Shown here piece after piece: positions 36,382 through 45,767 of a stretch of DNA of 52,126 bases. This DNA comes from Nanobdellota archaeon (GTDB lineage: Archaea; Nanobdellota; Nanobdellia; Woesearchaeales; B3-WOES). The position numbers were made by a program, and so were the translations under genes. Each line of letters begins with the position of its first letter. The stretch's first letter is position 1. Where the stretch lies: positions 1 through 52,126 of the forward strand of contig JAGLZG010000057.1 of the NCBI GenBank assembly GCA_023131705.1. The letters run 5' to 3'. The notes beneath the pieces were generated by a model, which saw only the letters and a list, made by a program, of their open reading frames with translations, was not told where the DNA came from and made no database searches.

Positions 36382-37540
36382 AAATCTTATACTAAAATAT
36401 AGGGTAGAGGAATCATCAAACAAAGAGATGGATATTGTTATAGATGTACTTATACAAAAAGTTATTGCAGATGCTTCTTTAGGAACAGATTATGTATTAA
36501 CTGCAACCGGTCAAGAATTTTCTGTTCATGAAAAACAAGATGATGTTGTTGAGGCTAAAGTTGTAAAAAGAGAAAAAATTGATGATAAAACTACCGAACT
36601 TGTATTTAGTGTCCCTATTTATTTTGAGGAGAAATCTGATTTCTTTCCAATGTTTTTAACATGTACTGGAGAACCGCCAGGATTCCATTCAAATATTTAT
36701 TTAGAGGATTTTTCTTTTGAAGGCGAAGATCCTTTTAAAAATGATTTAGCAAATGGACCAGAGAAGTATAAAAGATATTTTGGTAGAGAAGGCCCTTTTG
36801 TTGGAACAATAATAAAACCAAATCTTGGAACAGATATGGAGAAAAGGCTTGATTTAATAAAGAAGCTTATGATGGCTGGTGTTGATTTTCTTAAAGATGA
36901 TGAAGTTTTTGGGCATAAAAGTTTTGAGGATTTTGAAGAATATGTTATAAAAGTAAATAAAATAAGAGAAGAAGTTTATAAAAAAACAGGCTACAAAGCA
37001 TTAGTTTGTTTTAACATAACTTCTTTAGCTTCAAAAGCTGATGAAATATATAAATTGCCAATAGATGGAATTATGATAAATTTTTTGGCTTTAGGATTCT
37101 CAAAATCATATGATTTGGTACAGAAGTTCAAAGGTAAATGCATTATTCATGGCCACAGAGTAGGATCTGCTATTTTTTTAAGCAGAATTCATAAGAATGT
37201 TCTAATTAAATTAGCAAGCATGATTGGATTAGATAGCACACATATTGGAACATCACAACTAGATAAAATTGAGAAAGATTCAGAAAAGTTAGATACCCCT
37301 TATATAAAAACAATTTTAGCTACATTCACTAAAGTCAATCCAAAATATGTTGAACCCTTGATAAATAATTTTGGAAAAGATATCTTATTTTTACCTTGTG
37401 GAGGAGTTTACAGGCATCCAGGAGGTTTTGAAAAAGGGGTTAGAGCATTTAGAACAGCAATAGATATATATAATAATGAACAAAGTCAATTTTATGATAA
37501 AAAAGCATTTGATAAAGCATTAGCAAGGTGGGGTTATTAA
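36374..37540 (+). CDS. RuBisCO large-subunit-like protein (form IV RLP)
   Basis: IIKPNLG (cf. KPKLG), GVDFLKDDE (cf. DFTKDDE with carbamyl-Lys and metal ligands), IHGHRVG (cf. HxHRA), THIGT (cf. LHSGT) and LPCGGV (cf. SGG). At 388 aa it is short, with a divergent N-domain. Confidence 0.8.
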   Translation: MFRNLILKYRVEESSNKEMDIVIDVLIQKVIADASLGTDYVLTATGQEFSVHEKQDDVVEAKVVKREKIDDKTTELVFSVPIYFEEKSDFFPMFLTCTGEPPGFHSNIYLEDFSFEGEDPFKNDLANGPEKYKRYFGREGPFVGTIIKPNLGTDMEKRLDLIKKLMMAGVDFLKDDEVFGHKSFEDFEEYVIKVNKIREEVYKKTGYKALVCFNITSLASKADEIYKLPIDGIMINFLALGFSKSYDLVQKFKGKCIIHGHRVGSAIFLSRIHKNVLIKLASMIGLDSTHIGTSQLDKIEKDSEKLDTPYIKTILATFTKVNPKYVEPLINNFGKDILFLPCGGVYRHPGGFEKGVRAFRTAIDIYNNEQSQFYDKKAFDKALARWGY

Positions 37541-38403
37541 TGGGAATAAAAAATTTTTTTGAGGAAAAAGGATATTCTGATGCAGAAATAGTTAATGAAA
37601 GGATAGGATTCCTCAATTTAGTATATACTATAAAAGCAGGAGGTGAAACATTTTTCTATAAAAAAGCAGAGGAAAAAACAGGGTTGCCAACACCAATAAA
37701 TCCTGACAGGGTTTTTAATGAGTGGAAAGCAATTAATGCAGCAAAAACAGTAATTCCAGAGCATGTGCCTGAGATATTTGATTTTAGCAAAGAAAACAAC
37801 GTTATTATTACAAAAGCCCCCTCAAAAAAAGAATACACTCTTTTGAGATACGAACTATTAGATGGAAATCTTAATCTAGAATTGATTAAAAAAATTGCGA
37901 TTGCCCTAAAAAAACTTCATACTATAAAACAAGGAGATTTTAATAAGGAATTGTTTGAAAAAGCAAATATAGATTTTTGGTATAAAGAATTAGCAAAAGA
38001 ATATCCTAAAGTTATTGAAAAATTAATAGAGAATCTTAATCAAGAAAAATGTTTAACTCATGCAGACTTTAATCCAAAGAACATTGTTGTTTTTGAAGAC
38101 GGTTTTTATATTATTGACTGGGAAAAAGCTTTCATAAGCAGCCCAGAACATGATATTGGCAATATGCTTGCTCATTTTGTAATTAAAGGAATCCATTTGG
38201 GAAGAGAAGATTATCTTAAGGTTCCTGAAATATTTTTAGAAGCTTATGGTGAATATGTCGATAAAAACATTATTAATGGCCATATAGGGGTACTTATGTG
38301 GGCTAGAATAAAATCCTCTGCAAAAGCAAGATATTTGACATCTGAAACATCACAGAAAGTTCTTGAAGGGGCTCACAAGTATTTGAGAGAGTTTAAGCTT
38401 TAA
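37528..38403 (+). CDS. Small-molecule kinase of the APH / choline kinase / MtnK fold
   Basis: Brenner-type motif LTHADFNPKNIVV followed by IIDWEKAF. The N-terminal region YKKAEEKTGLPTPINPDRVFNEWKAI resembles the MtnK N-lobe. It overlaps the RLP stop. Confidence 0.7.
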   Translation: MGLLMGIKNFFEEKGYSDAEIVNERIGFLNLVYTIKAGGETFFYKKAEEKTGLPTPINPDRVFNEWKAINAAKTVIPEHVPEIFDFSKENNVIITKAPSKKEYTLLRYELLDGNLNLELIKKIAIALKKLHTIKQGDFNKELFEKANIDFWYKELAKEYPKVIEKLIENLNQEKCLTHADFNPKNIVVFEDGFYIIDWEKAFISSPEHDIGNMLAHFVIKGIHLGREDYLKVPEIFLEAYGEYVDKNIINGHIGVLMWARIKSSAKARYLTSETSQKVLEGAHKYLREFKL

Positions 38404-38424
38404 ATAAATTTTGATGAAATTACA

Positions 38425-39342
38425 ATGAAACCTGTAAAAGAATGTATACCATGTCAAAGAAAGAGAGCTATGCTTATTACTAAAAATCTTAGTGAAGAGA
38501 AAAAGAAGGAATTGACCAAAAGGATAAATGTTCTTTTCTCTAATCTGGATATGAATAGATGCACAATAGATATAGCTAATGAGAGGAATAGGATAATCAA
38601 AGAAATTGCAGGTAAAGATGCATTAATGGATGATTTAAGGGAAGATAGTATGAAGGCTGCTGAAAAGATTTCTCCTAATCTAGAACAAGATTTAGAAAAA
38701 ATAAAAGATGAAGAGGAGAGATTTTGTAAGGCACTTAGAATAGCTTTGGCAGGAAATGTAATTGAATTTGGGACTACTAATCATGTTGTTAAAATAGGGG
38801 AAATAGAAAAAAGAGTACATGAAACAATTAAGCAGGAACCAGCAATAGATGACAGCAGAATGGTTTATGAAATTGTTCAAGCTTACAACCATTCAAACAG
38901 AATATTATATCTTGTTGATAATGCTGCTGAGATAGCATTTGACAGGTTGTTCATAAAGGAATTAGTAAAACATGCTATTGTTGTTATTGCAGCTTTATCA
39001 GAGCCGGATCAGGATGATGCTTGTGTAGAGAATCTAAAACGTTTTGGTATAGACAAGATACCTAATTGTGAAATTATAACAAAAGGGAAGTATATAGGGG
39101 CATATTTTCCAAACACAACAAAGCAATTTAAGGTAGAGTTTGAAAAAGCTGATTTAATTATATCAAAAGGCATGGGGAATTATGAGAGTCTAAGTGAATA
39201 CTCAGATAAGATAATAAACAAAGTTGTATTTATGTTAAAATTAAAATGTGGACCTGTTGCAGATAGCTTTAGTGATTTCTTCAATATAGGAAACAAACTA
39301 GAAGTTGGGGCAAATGTAATCAAGTTTGCTTCTAAAAATTAA
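38425..39342 (+). CDS. DUF89 (ARMT1-like) metal-dependent phosphatase family protein
   Basis: Family motifs VDNAAEIAFD (DNxxE...D) and KGMGNYESL. Confidence 0.7.
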   Translation: MKPVKECIPCQRKRAMLITKNLSEEKKKELTKRINVLFSNLDMNRCTIDIANERNRIIKEIAGKDALMDDLREDSMKAAEKISPNLEQDLEKIKDEEERFCKALRIALAGNVIEFGTTNHVVKIGEIEKRVHETIKQEPAIDDSRMVYEIVQAYNHSNRILYLVDNAAEIAFDRLFIKELVKHAIVVIAALSEPDQDDACVENLKRFGIDKIPNCEIITKGKYIGAYFPNTTKQFKVEFEKADLIISKGMGNYESLSEYSDKIINKVVFMLKLKCGPVADSFSDFFNIGNKLEVGANVIKFASKN

Positions 39343-41494
39343 TGAAATGAATAATATTAAAAAAACAAAAAATTATTGTATGATAGGTCATGTATCAATT
39401 TTAACTTCTAAAACTAAAGAAGGTAATAAAGGTAAATCCAATTCTGATATAATTAAAGAAAGAAAACCCTCTCAAAGAATAATGTCCTTGTTGACTAGTT
39501 TTGAGCAAAAAGATTATAAAAAAAACTATGTTTTCAAAAATTATTCAAAGACAATAAAAAACAAGAAACCAATAGAGCAATTTAAGTATTATCTGGAAAA
39601 CAATCCAGTTGTAATAAATGACAATGAACTTCTTGTAGGAGGTATCTTCCTAAGGTTTAAAGATATTAAGATGGAATTAAAGGCAGGAAATGCCTTTAAA
39701 AGGGTAATTGGAGATTCATATTTTTCAACAGGAGTTAAAGGGTATAGTATAAGAACTCCTCCAGGATATAAAAATATAATAAAATTTGGTTTTGCAGGAC
39801 TAAGAGACAAATCATTAAGATTATTAAAAAAAGAGAAAGATCCTGAAAAGATAAAGTTTTTAGAGAACAGCGCTAAAGCCAATGATTTAGCTTGTAAGTT
39901 TATAGCAAAATATTCTGAAGAAGCCTTGAGGAAATCTAAAACTGAAAAAAATCTTTCTAGAAAAAGAGAGTTATTGAAGATAGCAAAATGCTGTCATGAT
40001 ATTTCTGTTAGAGAACCACGTCATTTTTATGAAGGGGTCCAGATTATCTGGTTTACTAAGGTCTTTGGTGCTGTTGGTGGCTTAGGAAGATTTGACCAAT
40101 ATCTTTGGAAATTATTTAAAAAAGACCTCAAGGAAGGAAGATTGAATTATGAGGGGGCATTAGACCTTATTGAAGATTTTTGGATAAAATGCAATTTATG
40201 GAATCAGGGATGGACTGCACCAAATGATTCATGGCAGCACATTACATTATCAGGATTAAAACCTAATGGGGGAGATGGTACAAATGATTTAACTTACTTA
40301 TGTTTACAGGCGCAATATGATCTAAAATTACCAGAACCTAAAGTTAGTGTGAGGTTTTCAGGTAAACATCCTGAAGGGTTAGTTGCTGAAACCTGTAAGG
40401 TTCTTAGATTGGGATTAGGAATGCCTTCTATCTATAATGATAAAGTTGTTATTCCTGGTCTTAAAAGATTAGGGATAAGTTTGAAAGATGCAAGAGATTA
40501 TACAAATAATGGATGTTCAGAGATAATTTTAGATGGTAATTCAACAACTTGTTTTGCTCAAATAAATCTTTTGGATATATTGAATAAAACAATAAGAAAA
40601 AAAGCATTTTCTAATTTTAAAGATTTGTTAGATACATATAAAGTTGAGATTGAAAAAGAGATACAAATTCCAGAAGTAAATTCTGTTACACACCCTCTTT
40701 TAGCTTCTACAATGGATGATTGCCTTTTGAAAGGCTCTGGCAATTGCGCAAGATACATTCTTAAAGGAAGCCTTGCTAATGCAACACCAAATGCAGTGGA
40801 TGGTTTAGCAGCAATAAATAAACTGGTTTTTGAAGATAAAAAATTATCATTGAACAAATTTATTAAAGCATTAGATTCTAATTTCAAGGATAATTCTATC
40901 AGGCACTTAATTATTAATGTTCCTAAATATGGAAATGATGAATCTTATGCAGATTTAATAGCAAAGGATATTGCAGAATATTTTTGTGATGCTGTTTTAA
41001 GAAAATATCCTAATAAAAAAGGAGATAATATCAAGGTTTCTCCAGGATTATTGGCTTTTGATGTACAATATCTTAGACATATGGATGCATCTCCAGATGG
41101 AAGAAAGAAAGGAGAGCATGTTGCTAATGCTATAAGCCCAGCTATTGGGAGAGATTTAAAAGGACCTACAGCAGTAATCAATTCTGCTAGGAAAATAGAT
41201 TTTAGAAAAGCAAGCTATGGCTCTGTTCTTGACATGGTTTTTTATTCAGGTTTATTTTCTCAACAAACAGAAGACAGATTTGTTGATTTTATTAGAACTT
41301 TTTTAAAGTATCCATCTACAGCAACATTACATGTCAATTTTCTTGACATAGAACTTTTGAAAGCTGTTCAAAAAGATCCTAAAAACCCAGCGTATAAAAA
41401 TATAATTGTAAGAGTATGGGGATTCTCAGCTTATTTTGTTGATTTGGACAAGGATTTACAAGATCATATTATCAAAAGGACACAATTTATGTAA
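39326..41494 (+). CDS. Glycyl radical enzyme, eliminase/dehydratase-type Cys loop
   Basis: C-terminal glycyl radical motif VRVWGFSAYFVDL and Cys loop NNGCSEIIL (GCxE, as in the diol/choline/hydroxyproline eliminases, not the CC of PFL). The start codon is uncertain (39326, 39347 or further in). Confidence 0.85.
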   Translation: MLLKINEMNNIKKTKNYCMIGHVSILTSKTKEGNKGKSNSDIIKERKPSQRIMSLLTSFEQKDYKKNYVFKNYSKTIKNKKPIEQFKYYLENNPVVINDNELLVGGIFLRFKDIKMELKAGNAFKRVIGDSYFSTGVKGYSIRTPPGYKNIIKFGFAGLRDKSLRLLKKEKDPEKIKFLENSAKANDLACKFIAKYSEEALRKSKTEKNLSRKRELLKIAKCCHDISVREPRHFYEGVQIIWFTKVFGAVGGLGRFDQYLWKLFKKDLKEGRLNYEGALDLIEDFWIKCNLWNQGWTAPNDSWQHITLSGLKPNGGDGTNDLTYLCLQAQYDLKLPEPKVSVRFSGKHPEGLVAETCKVLRLGLGMPSIYNDKVVIPGLKRLGISLKDARDYTNNGCSEIILDGNSTTCFAQINLLDILNKTIRKKAFSNFKDLLDTYKVEIEKEIQIPEVNSVTHPLLASTMDDCLLKGSGNCARYILKGSLANATPNAVDGLAAINKLVFEDKKLSLNKFIKALDSNFKDNSIRHLIINVPKYGNDESYADLIAKDIAEYFCDAVLRKYPNKKGDNIKVSPGLLAFDVQYLRHMDASPDGRKKGEHVANAISPAIGRDLKGPTAVINSARKIDFRKASYGSVLDMVFYSGLFSQQTEDRFVDFIRTFLKYPSTATLHVNFLDIELLKAVQKDPKNPAYKNIIVRVWGFSAYFVDLDKDLQDHIIKRTQFM

Positions 41495-41495
41495 A

Positions 41496-42251
41496 ATGAA
41501 ATTAAATAAGTCAAATAAATCAGAGAAATTAATTGTTTTTGATATTAAGAGGTTTGCAATACATGATGGTCCAGGTATAAGGACAACTGTTTTTTTACAA
41601 GGATGTCCTTTAAGATGTGGCTGGTGCCATAATCCTGAAGGAATTAGTATTGGTAAAGGTCCAAAATCTAAAAAAATTGAATTAAATGAATTATTTGAGG
41701 AAATAATTAAAGATAAACCTTTTTATGAGATTTCTAAGGGGGGAGTTAGTTTTTCTGGTGGAGAGCCAATGCTCCAATTTAAACCGCTTACTAAACTTTT
41801 AAGAATGTGTAAGAAATCCAAGGTTAATACAGCAGTGGAAACTTGCGGACATTGCAATTGGGAAGCTTTTGAAAAGATAATCCCTTTTGTTGATTTGTTT
41901 TTTTATGATTTGAAGCATATTGATAATAAAATTCATAAAAAAGGGACTGGAAGCAGTAATAAAATAATTCTTGACAATCTAAAAAAGCTTGATAAAAGGG
42001 GATGTAATATTGTTATTAGAATACCTCTTATTTCTGGTTTTAATGATGACAAAAAAACCTTTTCAGATATTGGAAAATTTCTTTCAGAATTAAAAAACAT
42101 AAGATTTATAGAAGTTCTTCCTTTTAATGTGTTTGCAGAATCAAAATACTCTAAGCTTGGGAAAAAGATTGATGAGAAATTTACTAAAATTTTATCTCAG
42201 CAGAAGATTAATGAATTAACAGAACCCTTAAGAAAGGAGATTAGGAAATAA
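41496..42251 (+). CDS. Glycyl radical enzyme activating enzyme (radical SAM, short PflA-like form)
   Basis: FAIHDGPGIRTTVFLQGCPLRCGWCHNPE and SGGEPMLQ. The start is set to ATG 41496, 1 nt after the GRE stop. The tracked ORF begins at 41436, inside the GRE. Confidence 0.85.
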   Translation: MKLNKSNKSEKLIVFDIKRFAIHDGPGIRTTVFLQGCPLRCGWCHNPEGISIGKGPKSKKIELNELFEEIIKDKPFYEISKGGVSFSGGEPMLQFKPLTKLLRMCKKSKVNTAVETCGHCNWEAFEKIIPFVDLFFYDLKHIDNKIHKKGTGSSNKIILDNLKKLDKRGCNIVIRIPLISGFNDDKKTFSDIGKFLSELKNIRFIEVLPFNVFAESKYSKLGKKIDEKFTKILSQQKINELTEPLRKEIRK

Positions 42252-42269
42252 TTTTATTGTTGATAGACT

Positions 42270-43712
42270 TTAACAAACAATTTTTAACTTTCGCTTTAAA
42301 AAAGGAACAACATAATTAAGGATTCTTAATTTTTCCAATAGCATAATCTTTTTTAGATAATTTGGATGGGTTTTTAGGAATTTACTCTCACTTAACATTT
42401 TTATAAACCAATTAGGCGTTATTGTGCTCGCGAGAATGTATAAACTATTGTAAAACCTTTCATAATCTTTTCCTTTATCTTTATTAAATCTCCAGTTAGT
42501 ATGCATCTTATTACTATACTGCTCGAGATCATCATGTTTTATAAAACCTTTCTCCAATGCTAAATTTGTTAGCTCTGTATTTGGGAAATAAATAAGTGAG
42601 AATATTATTAAATCAAAAGGTTTCCTCAGTTTTAAGAGAAGATTAAGAGTTTCTTCCTTGTTTTGTTTAGTTTCAAATGGGTTATCAACTATTAAATGAT
42701 ATGTTACATTTATTCCCCACCTTTTTAGCATTTTAGAAACATCTATTAACATTTTATTAGACATAAATCTTTTATAAAGTCCTTGTCTTATCTTTTCAGA
42801 ACCAGATTGAATTCCTACAAAAACTCTCTCTAAATTAGCTTCTTTAAGTTTTGTTAGGATTTCTTCATCACAGAACAGAGGATGTATGTTGATGTAAAAC
42901 GGAATGTTAATGTGTTTCTTGTATTTTTCTGCAAATTCCAGGACCCATTTTCTATCCATAAGAAAAACATCATCTCTTATATCTACTATCTTTATATCAT
43001 AGTTTTCTTTTAATTCCTGCAATTCCTTTATAACATTATCAACACTCCTTCTTCTTATGTAATTACCACATTCCTTCTGGGCATTTCTTAATGAGTTATT
43101 GCCACAATAAGTGCAGGAATAAGGACATCCTCTTGCACCCATTATATATGCAACCTCTATCTTTTTTAGTTCTGTTTTTATTGTGTTATCTTCTATATAA
43201 TATTTGTTCTTATCTGTCCAGTCTGCAAATTCTTGTTTGTTTGGGTCTGTGAACTTTCTTAGTTTGTTTCTTATTATCTTACCATTTTTATTGACCCAAA
43301 TATTTAATATGCTATCTGTCCTTTTTTGTATGAGATCTGGTAATGCTTCTTCAGCTTCTCCAACACATATATAATCTGCTTCTTTAATACATTCTTCAGG
43401 ATTAGTTGTTGGATGAAATCCACCCCAAATGACTTTTGCATTCGTGTTCTCTTTAATCAATTTTGTTATCTTTTTAGATAGCTGAAAGTAATGAGACATT
43501 AAACTTATTCCTACAAAATTAGGATTTAATTCTTTTATTTTGCTGATTAGTAAATTAAATTCCTGTTCTGTTGGATATTCCAGTTTGTTTTTTTGGTATG
43601 TATCTTTTAGAAAAATAGTATGAACTTCAATCTTTTTATTGTATAGAGTTTTATGTAATATTCTAATTGGATGATTCCTGAAATCATAAAATGCTATTAA
43701 AACAATCTTCAT
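42270..43712 (-). CDS. B12-binding-domain radical SAM enzyme (class B)
   Basis: An N-terminal Rossmann-like B12-binding-type domain (MKIVLIAFYDF...GISLMS...VIWGGFHPT) followed by GARGCPYSCTYCGN (CxxxCxxC). Confidence 0.75.
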   Translation of the reverse strand: MKIVLIAFYDFRNHPIRILHKTLYNKKIEVHTIFLKDTYQKNKLEYPTEQEFNLLISKIKELNPNFVGISLMSHYFQLSKKITKLIKENTNAKVIWGGFHPTTNPEECIKEADYICVGEAEEALPDLIQKRTDSILNIWVNKNGKIIRNKLRKFTDPNKQEFADWTDKNKYYIEDNTIKTELKKIEVAYIMGARGCPYSCTYCGNNSLRNAQKECGNYIRRRSVDNVIKELQELKENYDIKIVDIRDDVFLMDRKWVLEFAEKYKKHINIPFYINIHPLFCDEEILTKLKEANLERVFVGIQSGSEKIRQGLYKRFMSNKMLIDVSKMLKRWGINVTYHLIVDNPFETKQNKEETLNLLLKLRKPFDLIIFSLIYFPNTELTNLALEKGFIKHDDLEQYSNKMHTNWRFNKDKGKDYERFYNSLYILASTITPNWFIKMLSESKFLKTHPNYLKKIMLLEKLRILNYVVPFLKRKLKIVC

Positions 43713-43731
43713 AAATACATACCTTTTTTAA

Positions 43732-44871
43732 TTAAAATGTTTCGTCAAAAACCATTCCAACAACTTCTTCTGTTATTTCAATTGGATCACGACCTGTAAG
43801 TACATCCATAGTATTTTTTATTATCCTTGCTTTGTCATCTTGTGTTATTCCTAATTCACTTAATCTTGTTTTTTCTCCTGTGTCTTTAATTAGTTTCTTC
43901 ATTTTGTTACCAAATTCTTCTACTGTTTTGCAATCAACAACATTAGCCATTTCCAATATCTCATTTTTAACTTCTTTACCACATTTCTCTGCATAAATAT
44001 TTAAAAATGCAGGCAAGGGCAAGATACAAGCATATCCATGGTTAATGTTGTGGAATGTTGTAAGTGGGCATGAAAATGAATGTGGTCCAACTGTTCCTGT
44101 TTGAGTAAAAGCAAGTCCAGCGTATAGGCTTGCTAAAGCCATGTTTGTTCTTGCATCAATATTTTCTGGTTGGTCTACTGCCGTTTTTAAATTATCAAAC
44201 ACCATTGTTATTGCTTTTAATGCAAACATTTTTGATATAGGGTTTTTGTTGCTGTTTGATAGGCAAGATTCAACTGCCTGAGCTAGCACATCATATCCTG
44301 TATGGGCTGTTATGTGTTTAGGCATTGTTAGAGTCAATTCAGGATCAATTATTGCAATATTAGGATACATGTATTCACTTCTTATACCCATCTTTATGCC
44401 TGTTTCTTCATCTGTTATTACAGATGCAATAGTTACTTCTGATCCTGTACCTGATGTAGTAGGTATAGCTATTAATGGAATACTTTCTCTCCCTATAATT
44501 CTTCTTTTGTGGATATAATCATTAATTGTTCCAGCGTTTGTCATTAACATAGCAATAGCTTTTCCAGTGTCCATTGCACTTCCACCACCTATAGCTATTA
44601 TTAATTCTATTTTATTTTTCTGAGCAAGTCTTTTTCCTTTTTCAATTATTTTTGAGTGAGGATTTGGTTCAACATACTCAAAAATAGTTAAATTACAATC
44701 TTTTAGTTGCTTAAGTAATCTCTCTTTGAGTTCTAGTTTTTCCATCAATACTTTTTCTGTTACAAGAAGTATGTTTTTTACATTAAAATCTTGTTTAATA
44801 TATTTACCAATCTTATTAAACTCCCCATTACCAATATGTAGTTTTACTGGCATTTCATATTTGAAACTCAT
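43732..44871 (-). CDS. Iron-containing (group III) alcohol dehydrogenase
   Basis: IAIGGGSAMDTGKAIA, IPTTSGTGSE and His-rich metal site motifs. The start is set to MSFKYEMPVKLHIGNGEF (44871), the normal family N-terminus. The tracked ORF extends to 44976. Confidence 0.8.
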   Translation of the reverse strand: MSFKYEMPVKLHIGNGEFNKIGKYIKQDFNVKNILLVTEKVLMEKLELKERLLKQLKDCNLTIFEYVEPNPHSKIIEKGKRLAQKNKIELIIAIGGGSAMDTGKAIAMLMTNAGTINDYIHKRRIIGRESIPLIAIPTTSGTGSEVTIASVITDEETGIKMGIRSEYMYPNIAIIDPELTLTMPKHITAHTGYDVLAQAVESCLSNSNKNPISKMFALKAITMVFDNLKTAVDQPENIDARTNMALASLYAGLAFTQTGTVGPHSFSCPLTTFHNINHGYACILPLPAFLNIYAEKCGKEVKNEILEMANVVDCKTVEEFGNKMKKLIKDTGEKTRLSELGITQDDKARIIKNTMDVLTGRDPIEITEEVVGMVFDETF

Positions 44872-45028
44872 TTTGTTATTTTTTATTAGAAGTAAAGGAG
44901 GATATATAAAGGTTTTTGTTAATTTTAATTTTTGTAAGTTATAAATGAAAACTTTGTTATTGAAAATTGGATTCATAAATCATAAATACATAACTTTTAT
45001 AAACTAACCAAAGTTTTTCTATTTTAAA

Positions 45029-45766
45029 ATGTTCGATAATTTCAAAAAAAAAGTAAAAGAAGAAACAAAAGTCAGAGTATTCTATACAGAAAAAATAACT
45101 AGGAATATCACTCCTTTAATAACCAAACTTCTTTTATTAACACCAATAACAGCAAACCAAGTTACTTTTATTATGCTCTTAACAGGACTAGTTGCTGCTT
45201 TTTTATTTGTTTTTGATATCCAATCATATGCTATAATTGGTTCATTATTGTTGATTTTACAACATACCTTAGATGCAGTTGACGGAGAAATAGCAAGATA
45301 CAAAAAAATATCTTCTCTGAGAGGAAAATATCTAGATATAATAACTCATTATACAACTGAACCTGCACTTTTTATTGGTATTATGTTTGGAATTTTAAGG
45401 TCAAATCCAACAATAACTATCATAATAGCTGGAATTTCTTGTGCAATATTTATCTCCTTAATCAATTTAACTTATTTAATAAAAAAATATATAGTAATAG
45501 AACAAGTAGCTAAACAAGGAAAATGGAAAACCGTAAAAAAAGAGAGAAATAAAAATATCCTATCAAAGATTTATAGACCTTTAGCACCAATATTCAGATG
45601 GCCAGAATATCATTTTGTTGTATTATTGGCCTCTATATTTTATAGACTTGACTGGTTGCTGTATTTCTATGGATGCACCCTACCAATAATATTCTTAATT
45701 AGATCATTTGTTGAATTTTATGCTATACCCAAAGATATAAAAAAAATCAAGAAAATAATATGGTAA
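45029..45766 (+). CDS. CDP-alcohol phosphatidyltransferase-family membrane protein
   Basis: Signature LDAVDGEIARYKKISSLRGKYLDIITH (DxxDGxxAR...GxxxD), with about 6 hydrophobic helices. The last signature Asp reads His. Confidence 0.7.
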   Translation: MFDNFKKKVKEETKVRVFYTEKITRNITPLITKLLLLTPITANQVTFIMLLTGLVAAFLFVFDIQSYAIIGSLLLILQHTLDAVDGEIARYKKISSLRGKYLDIITHYTTEPALFIGIMFGILRSNPTITIIIAGISCAIFISLINLTYLIKKYIVIEQVAKQGKWKTVKKERNKNILSKIYRPLAPIFRWPEYHFVVLLASIFYRLDWLLYFYGCTLPIIFLIRSFVEFYAIPKDIKKIKKIIW

Positions 45767-45767
45767 A

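Noticed and set aside
36374-37540. Bona fide CO2-fixing RuBisCO (form II/III, as reported in CPR/DPANN nucleotide salvage)
   Set aside because: Several substrate-binding positions differ (KPNLG, PCGGV, shortened C-terminal loop region, unrecognisable N-domain motif). The protein is only 388 aa. No AMP phosphorylase or R15P isomerase gene is nearby. I therefore call it an RLP.
41436-41495. Upstream start of the activase ORF overlapping the GRE by 59 nt
   Set aside because: The extension MLIWTRIYKIILSKGHNLCK is simply the GRE 3-prime end read in another frame. ATG 41496, immediately after the GRE stop, gives the normal PflA-like N-terminus.
44872-44976. 35-aa N-terminal extension of the Fe-ADH ORF
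   Set aside because: Group III ADHs normally start with the MxFxxxxPxxIxFGxG segment found at ATG 44871. The extension has no family counterpart. The start remains uncertain because neither candidate has a clear SD.
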